Shown here: positions 43,952 through 55,179 of the stretch, one piece after another
How the letters are laid out: every line of letters begins with the position of its first letter
How positions within the stretch are numbered: position 1 is the first letter of the stretch
IMG/VR virus record: IMGVR_UViG_3300000117_000011
Span: 1 to 64,000 of that record
Direction: 5' to 3' (one strand)
DNA length: 64,000 nt
Source: a virus
Position numbers and translations under genes: made by a program
Notes under the pieces: model-generated
The model's input: only the letters and a program-made list of their open reading frames with translations
Database searches by the model: none
What the model was told of the DNA's origin: nothing

Positions 43952-45925
43952 ATGTTTTTCAAATCAAGAGTACTATATACAATAGAGTCACAAAGAGCAA
44001 ATTCAATAAAAATTTATAATGATCTTGAAAATCGAGGTCTTATTTCAACTTTTTTTTCTTCACAACTGCCTATAAGAGATAGCAAACTACTTTTATTTCT
44101 AGAAAGTCTACCATCAGGTACTATTTTTTCAAAAAAGATTGCTATTGATGAAAAAGATAGCACACAAAATCTTATTTCACTTCCTTTTTTTTCGTCACAT
44201 ATTAAAATACCTGCGAAACCGGGAGAGTACATTTGGGTTTTTAGTCAAACGTATGATAAAGTAAAAAACCCGTTTGAAATTTCATCTTACTGGCTTAGCA
44301 GAGTGCATGCACTAAACTATACTGAAGATGTTAATTATACACATAACGATAGAGACTTTGCAGTTGACTTAAAAAAAATACTAGATAGTAAAAACACAAA
44401 ACCCGATAGCTTTTCAACTAGAGGCAAAATAGATGTTAAAAATTTAAAAAAACTTGCTAAAAATAGTATTATTAAACCTGAAAATCAAGTTGGAAATACT
44501 ACTTTTGAACTTAGCGATGACGAAATTGATTTAATTAATTCTTTTAAATCAGAATATCCAAATTATTGCACACCTGCAGTTATGTCAAATGCAGACGATT
44601 TAGTTTTCCAAGGATCAAATAACACTTTACTAAAGTTGACAACAAGTGATTATTCTAATGGCAATTACAGAAAAAACAAAACCGGAAAAGGAGAAGTTAG
44701 TATTGCTGCTGGTATTGGATCGTTTGCAAACAATACTTTTTCAAGAATAGAGGGTATTTTTTTTGATAATCAAGGAAAAACATCTTCTAATCAAAGTTTT
44801 GAGGCTTTCTTTCCTAGCCACCCAAGTAAGTCTGCAAAATTAAAATGTGAAGGATTAGAAGAAAACTTTAAAAATCCAAATATTTTTTCTGTATTTAATG
44901 ATGAAATTATACCTGAAGGTGTTAATGAAGGAGCATTTAATATTTTAGAAGATGCTTCTAAAATAGTTATTTCTGAGCTTGGCGGAAACGAGTCTTTGTT
45001 TTTACAAAATTACTCTACTCTTTTAAATATAAGTGTAGCTGAAGATCTTTCTACAGAAACTCAAATAACAAACTCAAGCTTGTATGATAGTGAAAAAAAA
45101 TATAAAACATTTTATTATAAAAAAGATAGAAGTATTATTAGCGCTAAGACAAAAAATCCTACAATCGATATTTCTTCAAATAATATTAACCTATATTCAA
45201 GAAAAGAAGGTGATGGGATTAAAATTATTAAAGAGTATCACAACAAAATTTTTAATAAAAAATTAAATGCAATAATGAGGATAAATGATAAAGGTGATAT
45301 ATTTTTAGACGCAAACAGGATATTTGTTGGTAATGGAGAATATCATCAATTAAAAAAAGAGTTAGCAGAAAAAACAATGCCAGAAAAACTTGGAAAAGAT
45401 AATAAAGAGTATGAAGGTGCTCTTGTTGTCTTAGGAGAAAGTAAAAACAGCCAACAGTTAGTTTTAGGAAATCAATTAAAAGAATTTTTAAGAGAAATGT
45501 TAGACGTAAATAGAGAAGACATGCATCAAACAAAGTTGCTTTTTGAAAATACTCGTGATACAATATTTTCCAACAATAACAATCTTATTAAAGAGCTTGA
45601 GGCGAGTTTTGTTAAACTAAAGAAAGAACTAGAAACTGGTAACAATAAATCGCAATCCTTTGTATCTTCTTTTGCACCACAAACACTTCCTGGCGCGCAA
45701 GTAGCCTTGTCAGTAAATCAATTATATAGTGATATTACAAACGTTGTAAATGAACTAAAAAAGTCTATAAAAGCATTTGAAAGTAAGTTTAAAAGCACTC
45801 AAGATACATTTGCAAAAAATATAAAAAATAGAAATATGAAAAGAGATGAAGAATTATCTCTAAGACTAGCGTCAATAGAAGATAATATTGATAAAATATT
45901 AAGTAAAATTAGCAAAACATCTTAA
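43952..45925 (+). CDS. putative baseplate hub/spike (gp5-like) protein
   Basis: N-terminal P..GEYIWV..YWL OB-fold-like motif, DLVFQGSNN, LVLGNQL; directly upstream of the gp25-like gene. Confidence 0.55.
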   Translation: MFFKSRVLYTIESQRANSIKIYNDLENRGLISTFFSSQLPIRDSKLLLFLESLPSGTIFSKKIAIDEKDSTQNLISLPFFSSHIKIPAKPGEYIWVFSQTYDKVKNPFEISSYWLSRVHALNYTEDVNYTHNDRDFAVDLKKILDSKNTKPDSFSTRGKIDVKNLKKLAKNSIIKPENQVGNTTFELSDDEIDLINSFKSEYPNYCTPAVMSNADDLVFQGSNNTLLKLTTSDYSNGNYRKNKTGKGEVSIAAGIGSFANNTFSRIEGIFFDNQGKTSSNQSFEAFFPSHPSKSAKLKCEGLEENFKNPNIFSVFNDEIIPEGVNEGAFNILEDASKIVISELGGNESLFLQNYSTLLNISVAEDLSTETQITNSSLYDSEKKYKTFYYKKDRSIISAKTKNPTIDISSNNINLYSRKEGDGIKIIKEYHNKIFNKKLNAIMRINDKGDIFLDANRIFVGNGEYHQLKKELAEKTMPEKLGKDNKEYEGALVVLGESKNSQQLVLGNQLKEFLREMLDVNREDMHQTKLLFENTRDTIFSNNNNLIKELEASFVKLKKELETGNNKSQSFVSSFAPQTLPGAQVALSVNQLYSDITNVVNELKKSIKAFESKFKSTQDTFAKNIKNRNMKRDEELSLRLASIEDNIDKILSKISKTS

Positions 45926-45938
45926 GTATAACTTTTCT

Positions 45939-45951
45939 TATAAATATTTAT
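45939..45951 (+). promoter_or_regulatory. candidate late promoter (TATAAATA / ATATTTAT)
   Basis: ATATTTAT also precedes genes at 17736 and 57826; AT-rich background limits confidence. Confidence 0.45.
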
Positions 45952-45966
45952 ACTTGAGGTAGATTC

Positions 45967-46479
45967 ATGACAAAAGAAAATTTTTTAAACTCTGGAAAAA
46001 AAGAAGCTGATGTGATATTAGAAAATGCTCAGCAAAATAGTCAACTTAATTCTTTCGATATACCAATAGGAATAAGACTTCCTTTGTCTAAAGGGAAAAA
46101 ATCAAAAGAGTCATTGTTTGAAATGAATTTTGAAATAGAAAAACAAATTTCCAATAATTTTAAAGTTTTTTTATCAACTAAAAAAGGCGAATTATTGTGT
46201 AATCCTGAATTTGGACTACCAATATTCACCTTATACAACAAGACTAATTTATCTTTAGAAGATATAGAAAATATAGTTATGAAAGAAATAAAAGAAGGAA
46301 CAAGTAAATACTTTCCTAGTATAGAACTCGAAGATTTTGAAAGCGTCCTAGATCCTTTAAAAAATAATGATGTGCCTGATTTACTTAAGATACGTATAGG
46401 TTATAGACTAAAGCTTGGAAGTCTTGAGTCCTCAAGGACAAAGCATATAGTTGAACTAGATATTAAAAGGTCAATATAA
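45967..46479 (+). CDS. baseplate wedge gp25-like protein
   Basis: QISNNFKVFLSTKKGELLCNPEFG motif. Confidence 0.85.
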   Translation: MTKENFLNSGKKEADVILENAQQNSQLNSFDIPIGIRLPLSKGKKSKESLFEMNFEIEKQISNNFKVFLSTKKGELLCNPEFGLPIFTLYNKTNLSLEDIENIVMKEIKEGTSKYFPSIELEDFESVLDPLKNNDVPDLLKIRIGYRLKLGSLESSRTKHIVELDIKRSI

Positions 46480-48344
46480 TGAGTGTAAAAGTTTCAGATA
46501 ACTTAGTTAATCAAAGGAAAAACCAGTACATAAATAAAACTTTTCAAGACTTTAGGAATGAACTGTTAATTTATGCAAGATCTAACTTTAGTAGTCAGAT
46601 TAATGACTTTTCTGAGGCTTCTTTAGGCGGAATGCTTTTAGATTTTGCTGCTATTGTCGGTGATTCACTGGCTTTCTATACTGAACAGCAAATTAATGAA
46701 CTTAATTATGAAACTGCAACGAATACAGAAAATATTATTAGCCACTTAAGACGTGCTGGAATAACAGGTGGTAATGCTTCACCTTCAAGCGCTTTTGTAA
46801 CGTTTTATATTGAGGTAGATTTAGATCCTAATGAAGAAAATATAAACTTACTTAAGCCAAATCCAAGGCTGTTACCAATAATAAAAAAAAATACTAGATT
46901 GTCATCTAGCAATAATATACCTTTTATTCTTTCAGAAGATGTAGATTTTAGATCAGGATTTAAAAAAACAGTTTCTGAAACTGATGATAGTGGCTTGCCT
47001 TTGACTCTAATTTTAGAGAAAAAAGGACTATGCACTTCAGGGGAAATATCTACAGAAACAGTATCTTTTAATTCATCAAACCAGAATTTATTTTTATCAT
47101 ATCAGTTAAACAATACAAATGTACAAAAAATATTAAAAGTAGTTGACAATGACTTAAATGAATATTATCAAGTTGATTTTTTGAGTCAAAACACTATATA
47201 TAAAAAGTTAGAATTATCTAACGAAAACCAGTTATATCCTACAGCTGCACCTTTTAGATTTATTTTAGAAAATAACTTTAATAACAATACAACACTAATA
47301 AGATTTGGAAATGGCGAAGGAAAAAAAATTGAAGATAATATTTTAACAAATCCAGAAGACTTACTTCTTCCTTTAAAGCATAGAGAATATGATCTAGGTA
47401 AATCTTTAGATCCAAATACCTTGATTAGTTCTAATACTTTAGGTGTTTCACCTGCAGGCAAAACACTTACTATTACTTATATGCATGGAGGAGGAACTTT
47501 GACAAACGTTGCCGCAGAAAGCATTGATGTAATAGAAGACGCCATAATAGTTTTACCAAACATTTCTGATTCTGACGCTAGTCTTGATGATGCATTAGAA
47601 GAAATAGAAAGCTCACTTGATGTAATAAACGAAAAAGAAGCAGTTGGTGGGACTAATCGTTTGTCTTTAGAAGAACTAAAGCTCCAAATACCAAATAGTA
47701 TTGTTTCTCAAAATAGAGTTGTAAATGAAAAAGATTTAATATCTAGAATATATACAATGCCTAGCGATTATGGAAAAGTTCATAAAATAGCTGTTTTACA
47801 AAACCCGTTTACTAATTTGGCAAAAGATCTTTATGTTATATGTAAAAGTCAAACTGGTTTTTACGTGAGTGCAAATGATGCACTTAAGAAAAATTTAAAA
47901 ACTTACATAAATGAATTCAGAGTCCTAGGGGATAGTTTTAATATCATAGATTCTCCAATATACAATTTTTCAATTGATTTAACTGTAACTGTTGAGCCTA
48001 ATACAAACATAGAGTCTGTTTTGGATGATGTAATTACAAGAATAGACGATAATATGAAATTTGAAAAATTACAAATCAATGAAGGAATAAACGTGAATGA
48101 TATTATTAATATTGTTTTAAATACAAGAGGTGTTATAGGCTTAATTACATTACCTGAAAATATTATTAAGTCAAAATCGTTTCAAGATGACTTTTTTGAT
48201 GGCTTTAGAGAAATTAATATTACTTACTCAAACAATATGTTTTCTCCTAAACAAGAATTTATAAATGGCTTTGTTTTTCCGAAAAGGGGTGGCATCTTTG
48301 AACTCAAGCATTTAGACTATGATATTGTAGTTAGAAACGGGTAA
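46479..48344 (+). CDS. baseplate wedge gp6-like protein
   Basis: Y.NK.F..FR..L, DFSEASLGGM, IRFGNG, AVGG, QNRVV...D motifs. Confidence 0.85.
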   Translation: MSVKVSDNLVNQRKNQYINKTFQDFRNELLIYARSNFSSQINDFSEASLGGMLLDFAAIVGDSLAFYTEQQINELNYETATNTENIISHLRRAGITGGNASPSSAFVTFYIEVDLDPNEENINLLKPNPRLLPIIKKNTRLSSSNNIPFILSEDVDFRSGFKKTVSETDDSGLPLTLILEKKGLCTSGEISTETVSFNSSNQNLFLSYQLNNTNVQKILKVVDNDLNEYYQVDFLSQNTIYKKLELSNENQLYPTAAPFRFILENNFNNNTTLIRFGNGEGKKIEDNILTNPEDLLLPLKHREYDLGKSLDPNTLISSNTLGVSPAGKTLTITYMHGGGTLTNVAAESIDVIEDAIIVLPNISDSDASLDDALEEIESSLDVINEKEAVGGTNRLSLEELKLQIPNSIVSQNRVVNEKDLISRIYTMPSDYGKVHKIAVLQNPFTNLAKDLYVICKSQTGFYVSANDALKKNLKTYINEFRVLGDSFNIIDSPIYNFSIDLTVTVEPNTNIESVLDDVITRIDDNMKFEKLQINEGINVNDIINIVLNTRGVIGLITLPENIIKSKSFQDDFFDGFREINITYSNNMFSPKQEFINGFVFPKRGGIFELKHLDYDIVVRNG

Positions 48345-48347
48345 ATT

Positions 48348-50567
48348 ATGATCATAATACAAACAGCAAAAAAAGATACTTTTGTAACTGATATGTCGAC
48401 ACAATTTAACAAGGGCATTGAATCTAATTTTGGTCAAGCTTCAACACTAGATCTTTTTAAAATCGTAGATGAAAATAAAAAAGTCAAGTCTAGAGCATTA
48501 TTAACAATAAACACACCAGTTGAAGGTGATACTTTCACATTAATAGATTATAAAGGTATTTCTAAAACTTTTGAGTTTGACGTCAACAATGATGGTGTTA
48601 ACGCTAACAATATAGGAATATTTGAAATTAATGGAAATTATTTAGATGAAATTGTTGCAAGAATAAACGATCAGCAAGACTTAGACATTAGTGCATATAA
48701 ACTAGATGCAAACAAAATTATGTTACAACAGAATCAAACAGGAACTTCTGGTGACACAGTTTCAAATGTTTCTAACATAAGAAGTGTCACAATTTCACCG
48801 TTTAGAAGGTTTGAACATTCTGCTGTTTTATTGACATATGACTTTCAAAAAATATATGATGAGCATATTAAAGATTTAGACAACTCAGTTTTTTCAACTT
48901 CTGCCCCAGCTGCAGATTTCAAGGCATATATTAGATTAACAGACGTAGGCGTCGACTCTTCAAACCCAAAAAACTTCAAGCTAAGAATTAGACCTCTTTC
49001 TAGTGATTTCAATGAGGGTTTAGGTAGAGACACAGTGCAGTTTTCTGATATTGGTGATGCGAACTTTAAAACAATTAACTCGCTGAACAGTACGCCTTCT
49101 GAATGGTCTGTAGAAGGTATTGTTACTATTAATGATATAGATTTATCAACTTCTTTTGAACAAGAAGTTTCTTTTGTCAAAGGGAATGAAAACGTATTAT
49201 TTGACGTAACTAGTCATGTATATCAATTTTTAACATCAGCTAGAGATAACAATCATACAGGCACTAAGTCACAAACTTTTGTTATTGACTTTAGTTTAGA
49301 AAATTTATTTGATAACTACACTTATTTTGTTAAAAGATTAGGAAGCCGAAATTTATCAAATAAATATAATCGACCAAAGCTAGAAATAAAAATAAAAGAT
49401 AAAAAGCTGAAAAGTGTTAACTATGATACTAAAAAAAGATATTTAGACAACGAAGAAGAATTTTATTTAACAAACTTAATTAATAAAAAATTAGTTGATT
49501 TCGCTTCAGACTCGCAAATAGTAAGACTTGAATATTTAGGAAACATTAGAGAATCAGAAAATATTGTTTTTTTAAGAAAACCTTTGGCAGATACATCTTT
49601 TAAAATCACAGACTCTTTGAGTAATTCAATTAATATTAGAATATCTTATGCAGATGATAACAACATTACAAATGTTGACGCTGACAATTATTACATCGGT
49701 TTGTTCAGTCTAAGTCAAGAAAATGGCATCTCTTTAGCAGATGCAATTAGCAAAATAGCACAACAAATTCAAACCAAAGTCAACGATGGAACTTTAAATA
49801 ATTTAACAATAACAGCAACAGATACAACTTTGAATATTCTCAACAATTCAAGTTCAGAAGGTGATATTTTTAAATCTATTGTAGATACTCAAGAAACAAT
49901 GATAATAACTAGAAATAATGTTAAAAAAAATATTTTTAGCTCAATAATATCTTCAAGTTTAGTTTATGATTACAAAGGCAATATTTTGACTGGAATAAAA
50001 AAGTTTATTATTCCGGAAACTACAATGAGTAGGTTTGAGTCTAATTCAACTTTTAAAAAAGAATTAGAAGATAATAAATTTGCAAGCGTAAAATTTAAAT
50101 TTATTGATATTAAGTCAAACGTTGAATTTATAACAAAAATAGAAGATATTAAACTTTATCTACCAGAATCAAGCGAAGAAGATCTTTTTAAAAAACTTAG
50201 AGTTGTTTTAGACACTCAACAAAAAAACATTACAGCTGATGATTCTATAAAAACATTAAAATTTAGCTTTTTAGATATATCTAGGCAGCACGCAGCAGTT
50301 AATGTTCCACATCAAATTATCTCAGAAGATTTAGGTGATATAAATTTTTCAATGTATAATTTTGATTCTAAAGAAAACATAATTATAAATGATAAAGAAT
50401 TTGATGACACACTTCTTTATTTTAATGGCAAACATTACGTTGCAAATCTTTATGCTTCAAGCATTTATAAGAACTTAAGAGTTGGATTTGTATTTGAATA
50501 CACAGATCCTTTAACTGGCTTAAGCAAAAAAATCAAAGACGATAAGCTCGTAGTAAGGTTTCAGTGA
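48348..50567 (+). CDS. baseplate-associated structural protein
   Basis: A.KDT..., F.EG.G.D and FDVT motifs; position in the baseplate operon. Confidence 0.6.
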   Translation: MIIIQTAKKDTFVTDMSTQFNKGIESNFGQASTLDLFKIVDENKKVKSRALLTINTPVEGDTFTLIDYKGISKTFEFDVNNDGVNANNIGIFEINGNYLDEIVARINDQQDLDISAYKLDANKIMLQQNQTGTSGDTVSNVSNIRSVTISPFRRFEHSAVLLTYDFQKIYDEHIKDLDNSVFSTSAPAADFKAYIRLTDVGVDSSNPKNFKLRIRPLSSDFNEGLGRDTVQFSDIGDANFKTINSLNSTPSEWSVEGIVTINDIDLSTSFEQEVSFVKGNENVLFDVTSHVYQFLTSARDNNHTGTKSQTFVIDFSLENLFDNYTYFVKRLGSRNLSNKYNRPKLEIKIKDKKLKSVNYDTKKRYLDNEEEFYLTNLINKKLVDFASDSQIVRLEYLGNIRESENIVFLRKPLADTSFKITDSLSNSINIRISYADDNNITNVDADNYYIGLFSLSQENGISLADAISKIAQQIQTKVNDGTLNNLTITATDTTLNILNNSSSEGDIFKSIVDTQETMIITRNNVKKNIFSSIISSSLVYDYKGNILTGIKKFIIPETTMSRFESNSTFKKELEDNKFASVKFKFIDIKSNVEFITKIEDIKLYLPESSEEDLFKKLRVVLDTQQKNITADDSIKTLKFSFLDISRQHAAVNVPHQIISEDLGDINFSMYNFDSKENIIINDKEFDDTLLYFNGKHYVANLYASSIYKNLRVGFVFEYTDPLTGLSKKIKDDKLVVRFQ

Positions 50568-53500
50568 TGTTTAGACAACCAGGAACTGCAAAATTAAATA
50601 AATTAAAAAGTCAAAGCAGTGCTATTAAAAAGGAAAATAATTTTAATACAAATACTACAGAGACAATTGAAAGAATACGAAATCAAAGCTATGTTACAAA
50701 TCAAAGTAAAGACGATAGAAGTAAACAAGATTCTGAGTTTTTAGGAAGAATAGATGACTACGAAGGCCTTTTTACAAATCAGCAACTTGAAAGCATAGAC
50801 TTTTCAAATTTTCGAAATCATGTTTTTTTTGATTCAGCTGTTAGCAAAGTCCACTATTCATACGATAGAATTTTAAATGATTTTCCTTACGATAAAAGTC
50901 AGTATTATTTTAATCAATACTTTAATAGCTTAGATGGCTTTACAAAATATGTTTATGATAATTTTATACCTAAAAACAAAGGTTACTTAAATTTTGACGG
51001 AACTAATACAGTCATAGTAAATGATGTAACAGACAATATACTAAATCAAAACAAAGAAGAGAAAAAAGTCGGATTAATCAATTTAAACAAGAGAAAATTT
51101 TCATTTGATTTCTGGCTGTATGTGGATAATGTTGACAATAATGAACAGCTAGGAAAACAAATTGTTTTTCAAAAGTTATATTCAAATAGTTCAATTAATA
51201 ACGGAATTACGATTTATCTAGACAACTTTCGTCGAGATGAAAGTTTAGAAAAAAACTTTTGTAAAATTAATGCTTTGATTACACATTCACAAAGTTATCA
51301 TCTATGTTCAGCAGAAATTTGTCTAGGAGAATTTAATCATATTAATTTTTCTTTTTTCAACGCTAAAGGCAAAAAACATAGCAAGTTTTATTATAACGGA
51401 ATTAGAGAAAAGTCTTCAAGTTCAGGAAGTCTAAGTAAAAACAAAGAGTTTTCAAATTTATTTCTTAATACTAATTTCTTTATTGGTAATGGATTTGATC
51501 ATATTTGTGAAAGAGACAGCAGCTTAAATGTTATTAAAACTACTGGATTAATAGGATATATAGATGAATTTAGATTTTTTACTGGTTCCAGGAGCGATCA
51601 AGATATTTCTAAAGAAAAAAATATAAATTTACATGCAAAAAGTGGCCTTGAAATTTATTATAAGTTTAATGAACCATCAAGCAGTTATTTAAATAATCAT
51701 GTGGTTTTAGACTATAGCGGTCATAAAACTTGCGGAATTATAAAAAAAATTGATTTAAGCACTTATACACAAATCGAAATTAAAAATTTTAGAGAAAAGC
51801 AAACAAATATTGATTTTCCTTTAGTATACGAAAAAAAAGAAGATAATCCTGTTCTTTTTGCAAGGTTTGAAAATATATTGAGTGATCAAGAAATACTTCT
51901 TAAAAAAGCAAGAAAATATGACGATGTTAATCCTAACATATTTTATAAATTTTTTCCTAAAAGCTTGTTCTTAGAAAGTGCTAATGCTGGCGGAATTAGT
52001 GGTGTATTTGTTTCTGGCGAATTTATTGATGTGGTAGAAGGCAATAAAATAAATAGAACTGATTTGTTAAAAGTTGAAAAGCCTGATAATAGCTTATTAG
52101 TGAAGTTAATAACAATTTGGGCAAGGTTTTTTGATCAGTTTAAGTGTTATATTGATCATATTACAAATATTATAGACATCAACTATGAAGATTTAAATAA
52201 AGGCAAAAAACACTCTAGTATCATATTACCTTATGCAGTATCAAAATTAGGTTTTAGTTTTGAAGAAATATTTCCTAGTCCTATATTAGAAAAACTTGAC
52301 AATAAAAATCTTGAATATAATGAATTAATAAGCGAGACTTCAATAAGACAGATTCAAAATAATCTTTGGAAAAGGTTTTTGATTAATTCTCAAGATTATA
52401 TAACAAGTAAAGGTACAATAAATTCTGTAAAGTCTGTGTTTAATAGCTTTGGTCTTGATGTCGATACATTTATTAACATAAGAGAATTTAATTCACAAAA
52501 CAAACTTAACATTTATCCAGGATTTAAAGAAAAATTAACAGCACTTAAATATATTGACTTTTTTGAAAATGATATAATGCTAAATAGTACTCAATTCAAT
52601 AATAACGGTTTACCTATTAATAGAGTATATTTTGAAACTACAAAGCAATCTAGTGACTTTATCAATTTGTCAGCAGATTGGTCCATTGAAACTTTTATCA
52701 AGTTTGATCATTTAAAATTAAACAATTATAACAATAAACAATCTATATTTAGACTAGATATCTCACCTGGAAACTCAACGATTCCTTATATTAATGTTAT
52801 TTTTGAAAGAGAAAAAAATACGTCTCAAAAAGGTACATTGAAATTATTTGTTAATGAAGTTAATTTAAACAATGAAATTAAGGTAGCAGAAATTAACGAC
52901 GTTAGCATTTTATCTGGAAAAATATATTATGTATGTCTAACTAAAAAAAATAAATCTAGTGATTGTTCTGAATATGTATTGAGTGTTATAAACTCAGATA
53001 AAATGTCAAGAATTCAGAAAACAAATAACGCTACATGTAAAGTTAAAATTATCAATAAGTCAGTTAATCTTAGTAATCCTAGTCTTAGAATAGGATCTCT
53101 AAATGTATATGAAGCAAATGATTTAAGTACTTTGACGAATTTAGACTTTCATAGTACTTTTGAAGGTAAATTGATAGGGCTTAAGGTTTGGTCAAAGACT
53201 TTAAATCCTATGGAAAAAAATATACATAAAACTGATATTTTTTGTCACGGATCTAATGACTTTAATATTGTTAGTTCATTAAACAATTTAAAGGTAAACA
53301 TAAATTTTAGAGAAAATATCAAAAACAATATTGACAATAGACAGAATACATTTCTATCTCTATACAATGATGTAAAAAATTCTGATGTTAGTAATTTGCT
53401 TTTTATTCCAGATACCTACATAGGTAAAAATTTTATTAATATAATAGACTACGTGGCTTTAGAGCAATCTAGTGCTATTGATTATCCAGAAAATTATAAT

Positions 53501-54100
53501 CGTGTAAATATTAATTCGCTCGAAGACGTCTCTTTGTCGAAAGATTTTAATAATTATTTAGTAAATCCTAGCTACGAAACCGATTCTGACTTTAGCAGCT
53601 TTGATGATATAAGACTTTCTATAGACTTTTCTTCAAGTAAATTTATAAATAAAGAAATATCAAAAATGATATTAGTCAACAACTATTTTACTCAAAATTT
53701 AAGTAATAGATCAAATTTGTATGCAAGTGAATATCAAAGCTTATATGAATTAAGAAATGTTTTTTACGAAAAACTTGAAAAAGAAATTAATATTAAACAA
53801 CTGTATCAAGTTTACAAATATTTTGATAACATATTAGAGAAATTATTATATGACGCAGTACCTTCAAAAGTCCATTATCAAGGCTTTAATTTTGTTTATG
53901 AGTCAAGTATTGCTGAACGTCATAAATATCAGTACAAAATGTCAGACAGTAGATTTCCTGTAATAGATTCGTCAATAGACTATTCAAGATATAATACACG
54001 ATATGCTTCTGATGAATTTTGGAATAGTTCAGATATCAGATTAAGTACATTTAGTAGAACAGATAATAATCAAATTATATCTACGACACCATTTAAATAA
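50564..54100 (+). CDS. baseplate wedge protein with LamG-like domains
   Basis: F.NHVFFDSA, FSFDFW, GYIDEFRF, YYKFNE, D.SG, KGT..SV motifs. Confidence 0.7.
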   Translation: MMFRQPGTAKLNKLKSQSSAIKKENNFNTNTTETIERIRNQSYVTNQSKDDRSKQDSEFLGRIDDYEGLFTNQQLESIDFSNFRNHVFFDSAVSKVHYSYDRILNDFPYDKSQYYFNQYFNSLDGFTKYVYDNFIPKNKGYLNFDGTNTVIVNDVTDNILNQNKEEKKVGLINLNKRKFSFDFWLYVDNVDNNEQLGKQIVFQKLYSNSSINNGITIYLDNFRRDESLEKNFCKINALITHSQSYHLCSAEICLGEFNHINFSFFNAKGKKHSKFYYNGIREKSSSSGSLSKNKEFSNLFLNTNFFIGNGFDHICERDSSLNVIKTTGLIGYIDEFRFFTGSRSDQDISKEKNINLHAKSGLEIYYKFNEPSSSYLNNHVVLDYSGHKTCGIIKKIDLSTYTQIEIKNFREKQTNIDFPLVYEKKEDNPVLFARFENILSDQEILLKKARKYDDVNPNIFYKFFPKSLFLESANAGGISGVFVSGEFIDVVEGNKINRTDLLKVEKPDNSLLVKLITIWARFFDQFKCYIDHITNIIDINYEDLNKGKKHSSIILPYAVSKLGFSFEEIFPSPILEKLDNKNLEYNELISETSIRQIQNNLWKRFLINSQDYITSKGTINSVKSVFNSFGLDVDTFINIREFNSQNKLNIYPGFKEKLTALKYIDFFENDIMLNSTQFNNNGLPINRVYFETTKQSSDFINLSADWSIETFIKFDHLKLNNYNNKQSIFRLDISPGNSTIPYINVIFEREKNTSQKGTLKLFVNEVNLNNEIKVAEINDVSILSGKIYYVCLTKKNKSSDCSEYVLSVINSDKMSRIQKTNNATCKVKIINKSVNLSNPSLRIGSLNVYEANDLSTLTNLDFHSTFEGKLIGLKVWSKTLNPMEKNIHKTDIFCHGSNDFNIVSSLNNLKVNINFRENIKNNIDNRQNTFLSLYNDVKNSDVSNLLFIPDTYIGKNFINIIDYVALEQSSAIDYPENYNRVNINSLEDVSLSKDFNNYLVNPSYETDSDFSSFDDIRLSIDFSSSKFINKEISKMILVNNYFTQNLSNRSNLYASEYQSLYELRNVFYEKLEKEINIKQLYQVYKYFDNILEKLLYDAVPSKVHYQGFNFVYESSIAERHKYQYKMSDSRFPVIDSSIDYSRYNTRYASDEFWNSSDIRLSTFSRTDNNQIISTTPFK

Positions 54101-54111
54101 AAGGCGAAAGA

Positions 54112-55179
54112 ATGAAAATTGTAAAAATAAATGGTTTTCCTAACCACGTTTTTAAAGAAGGACGAGGATATCCAATTGACTTTGCCCTAATATCAAACAA
54201 CATTGTTAGAGATAATGTTAACATATTAGACTTTAACAGGTCTATATACAAACATGCTAATAATAGACATTACATTAAAATAAAGTACAACTTTTTTAGC
54301 CCAGTTAAAAAAACAATAATAGATCAAAAACATATACAGGCTTACAGAGAAAAAAGCAATTACAAAATAGAACCTTTTCATGAAAAAAATGTTGATTACA
54401 AAGAAGTTAAGACAAATACAGAAATATTTGATCAAACGTTAGGCTATTTAGACGGAAATGAGATTTTTTTAGAGCTTGATGAAAAGGAGTATCAAGATAA
54501 CAATAATCTTAATCTTGAAGAATTTGTCTTTCTTAATGAAGATGATGTTTTAAACTACGTTTATCCAATTAAATTTAATAAAACTAGCTTTCATAGAAGA
54601 GGTGGGAGAATAAATGTTTTTGATATAATGAACAAGTTGACCTTGAGTTCTCTTGGCATTGATAAGTTTAGAGGCTTTAAGGGTTACATGCTAAATAGTG
54701 GTAAAAATGCAACTAATGAAAACAACGTTATTCGAGACTTTTATGTTAAAAATAATATTGATCATGTTGCTTTTGAAGACGGTGTATTAGAAGGTTACTT
54801 ATTTAATGAAAACCTTACTAAAAAAATCGATAAAGTCAATATAAACTATGATCCTATAACAAAATTATCAACTACAACTTTTACTTTTAAAGATGTTATA
54901 AAAATATCAGGAGAACCAAGATATACAGAGTTAAATCAACAAAAAATTACACCATACAAAGATTTTGATAATAACAAAAACAATCCTAATTTAACAAATG
55001 ATAGTCAAATATATTTAAACAAACTAAAAGATGACAACTTAAACAATATTTTGTTAAATAATTCTACTATTTTTAATAGAATTAATGAAGATAAAATTTT
55101 TACTAATAACGGTAAGACTGTTGATTTATCTTTATCTTCTGGAAAAGAATCGATAATTTTTCATGAAAGCTTAGACTGA
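54112..55179 (+). CDS. hypothetical structural protein
   Basis: ORF in a continuous structural operon. Confidence 0.6.
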   Translation: MKIVKINGFPNHVFKEGRGYPIDFALISNNIVRDNVNILDFNRSIYKHANNRHYIKIKYNFFSPVKKTIIDQKHIQAYREKSNYKIEPFHEKNVDYKEVKTNTEIFDQTLGYLDGNEIFLELDEKEYQDNNNLNLEEFVFLNEDDVLNYVYPIKFNKTSFHRRGGRINVFDIMNKLTLSSLGIDKFRGFKGYMLNSGKNATNENNVIRDFYVKNNIDHVAFEDGVLEGYLFNENLTKKIDKVNINYDPITKLSTTTFTFKDVIKISGEPRYTELNQQKITPYKDFDNNKNNPNLTNDSQIYLNKLKDDNLNNILLNNSTIFNRINEDKIFTNNGKTVDLSLSSGKESIIFHESLD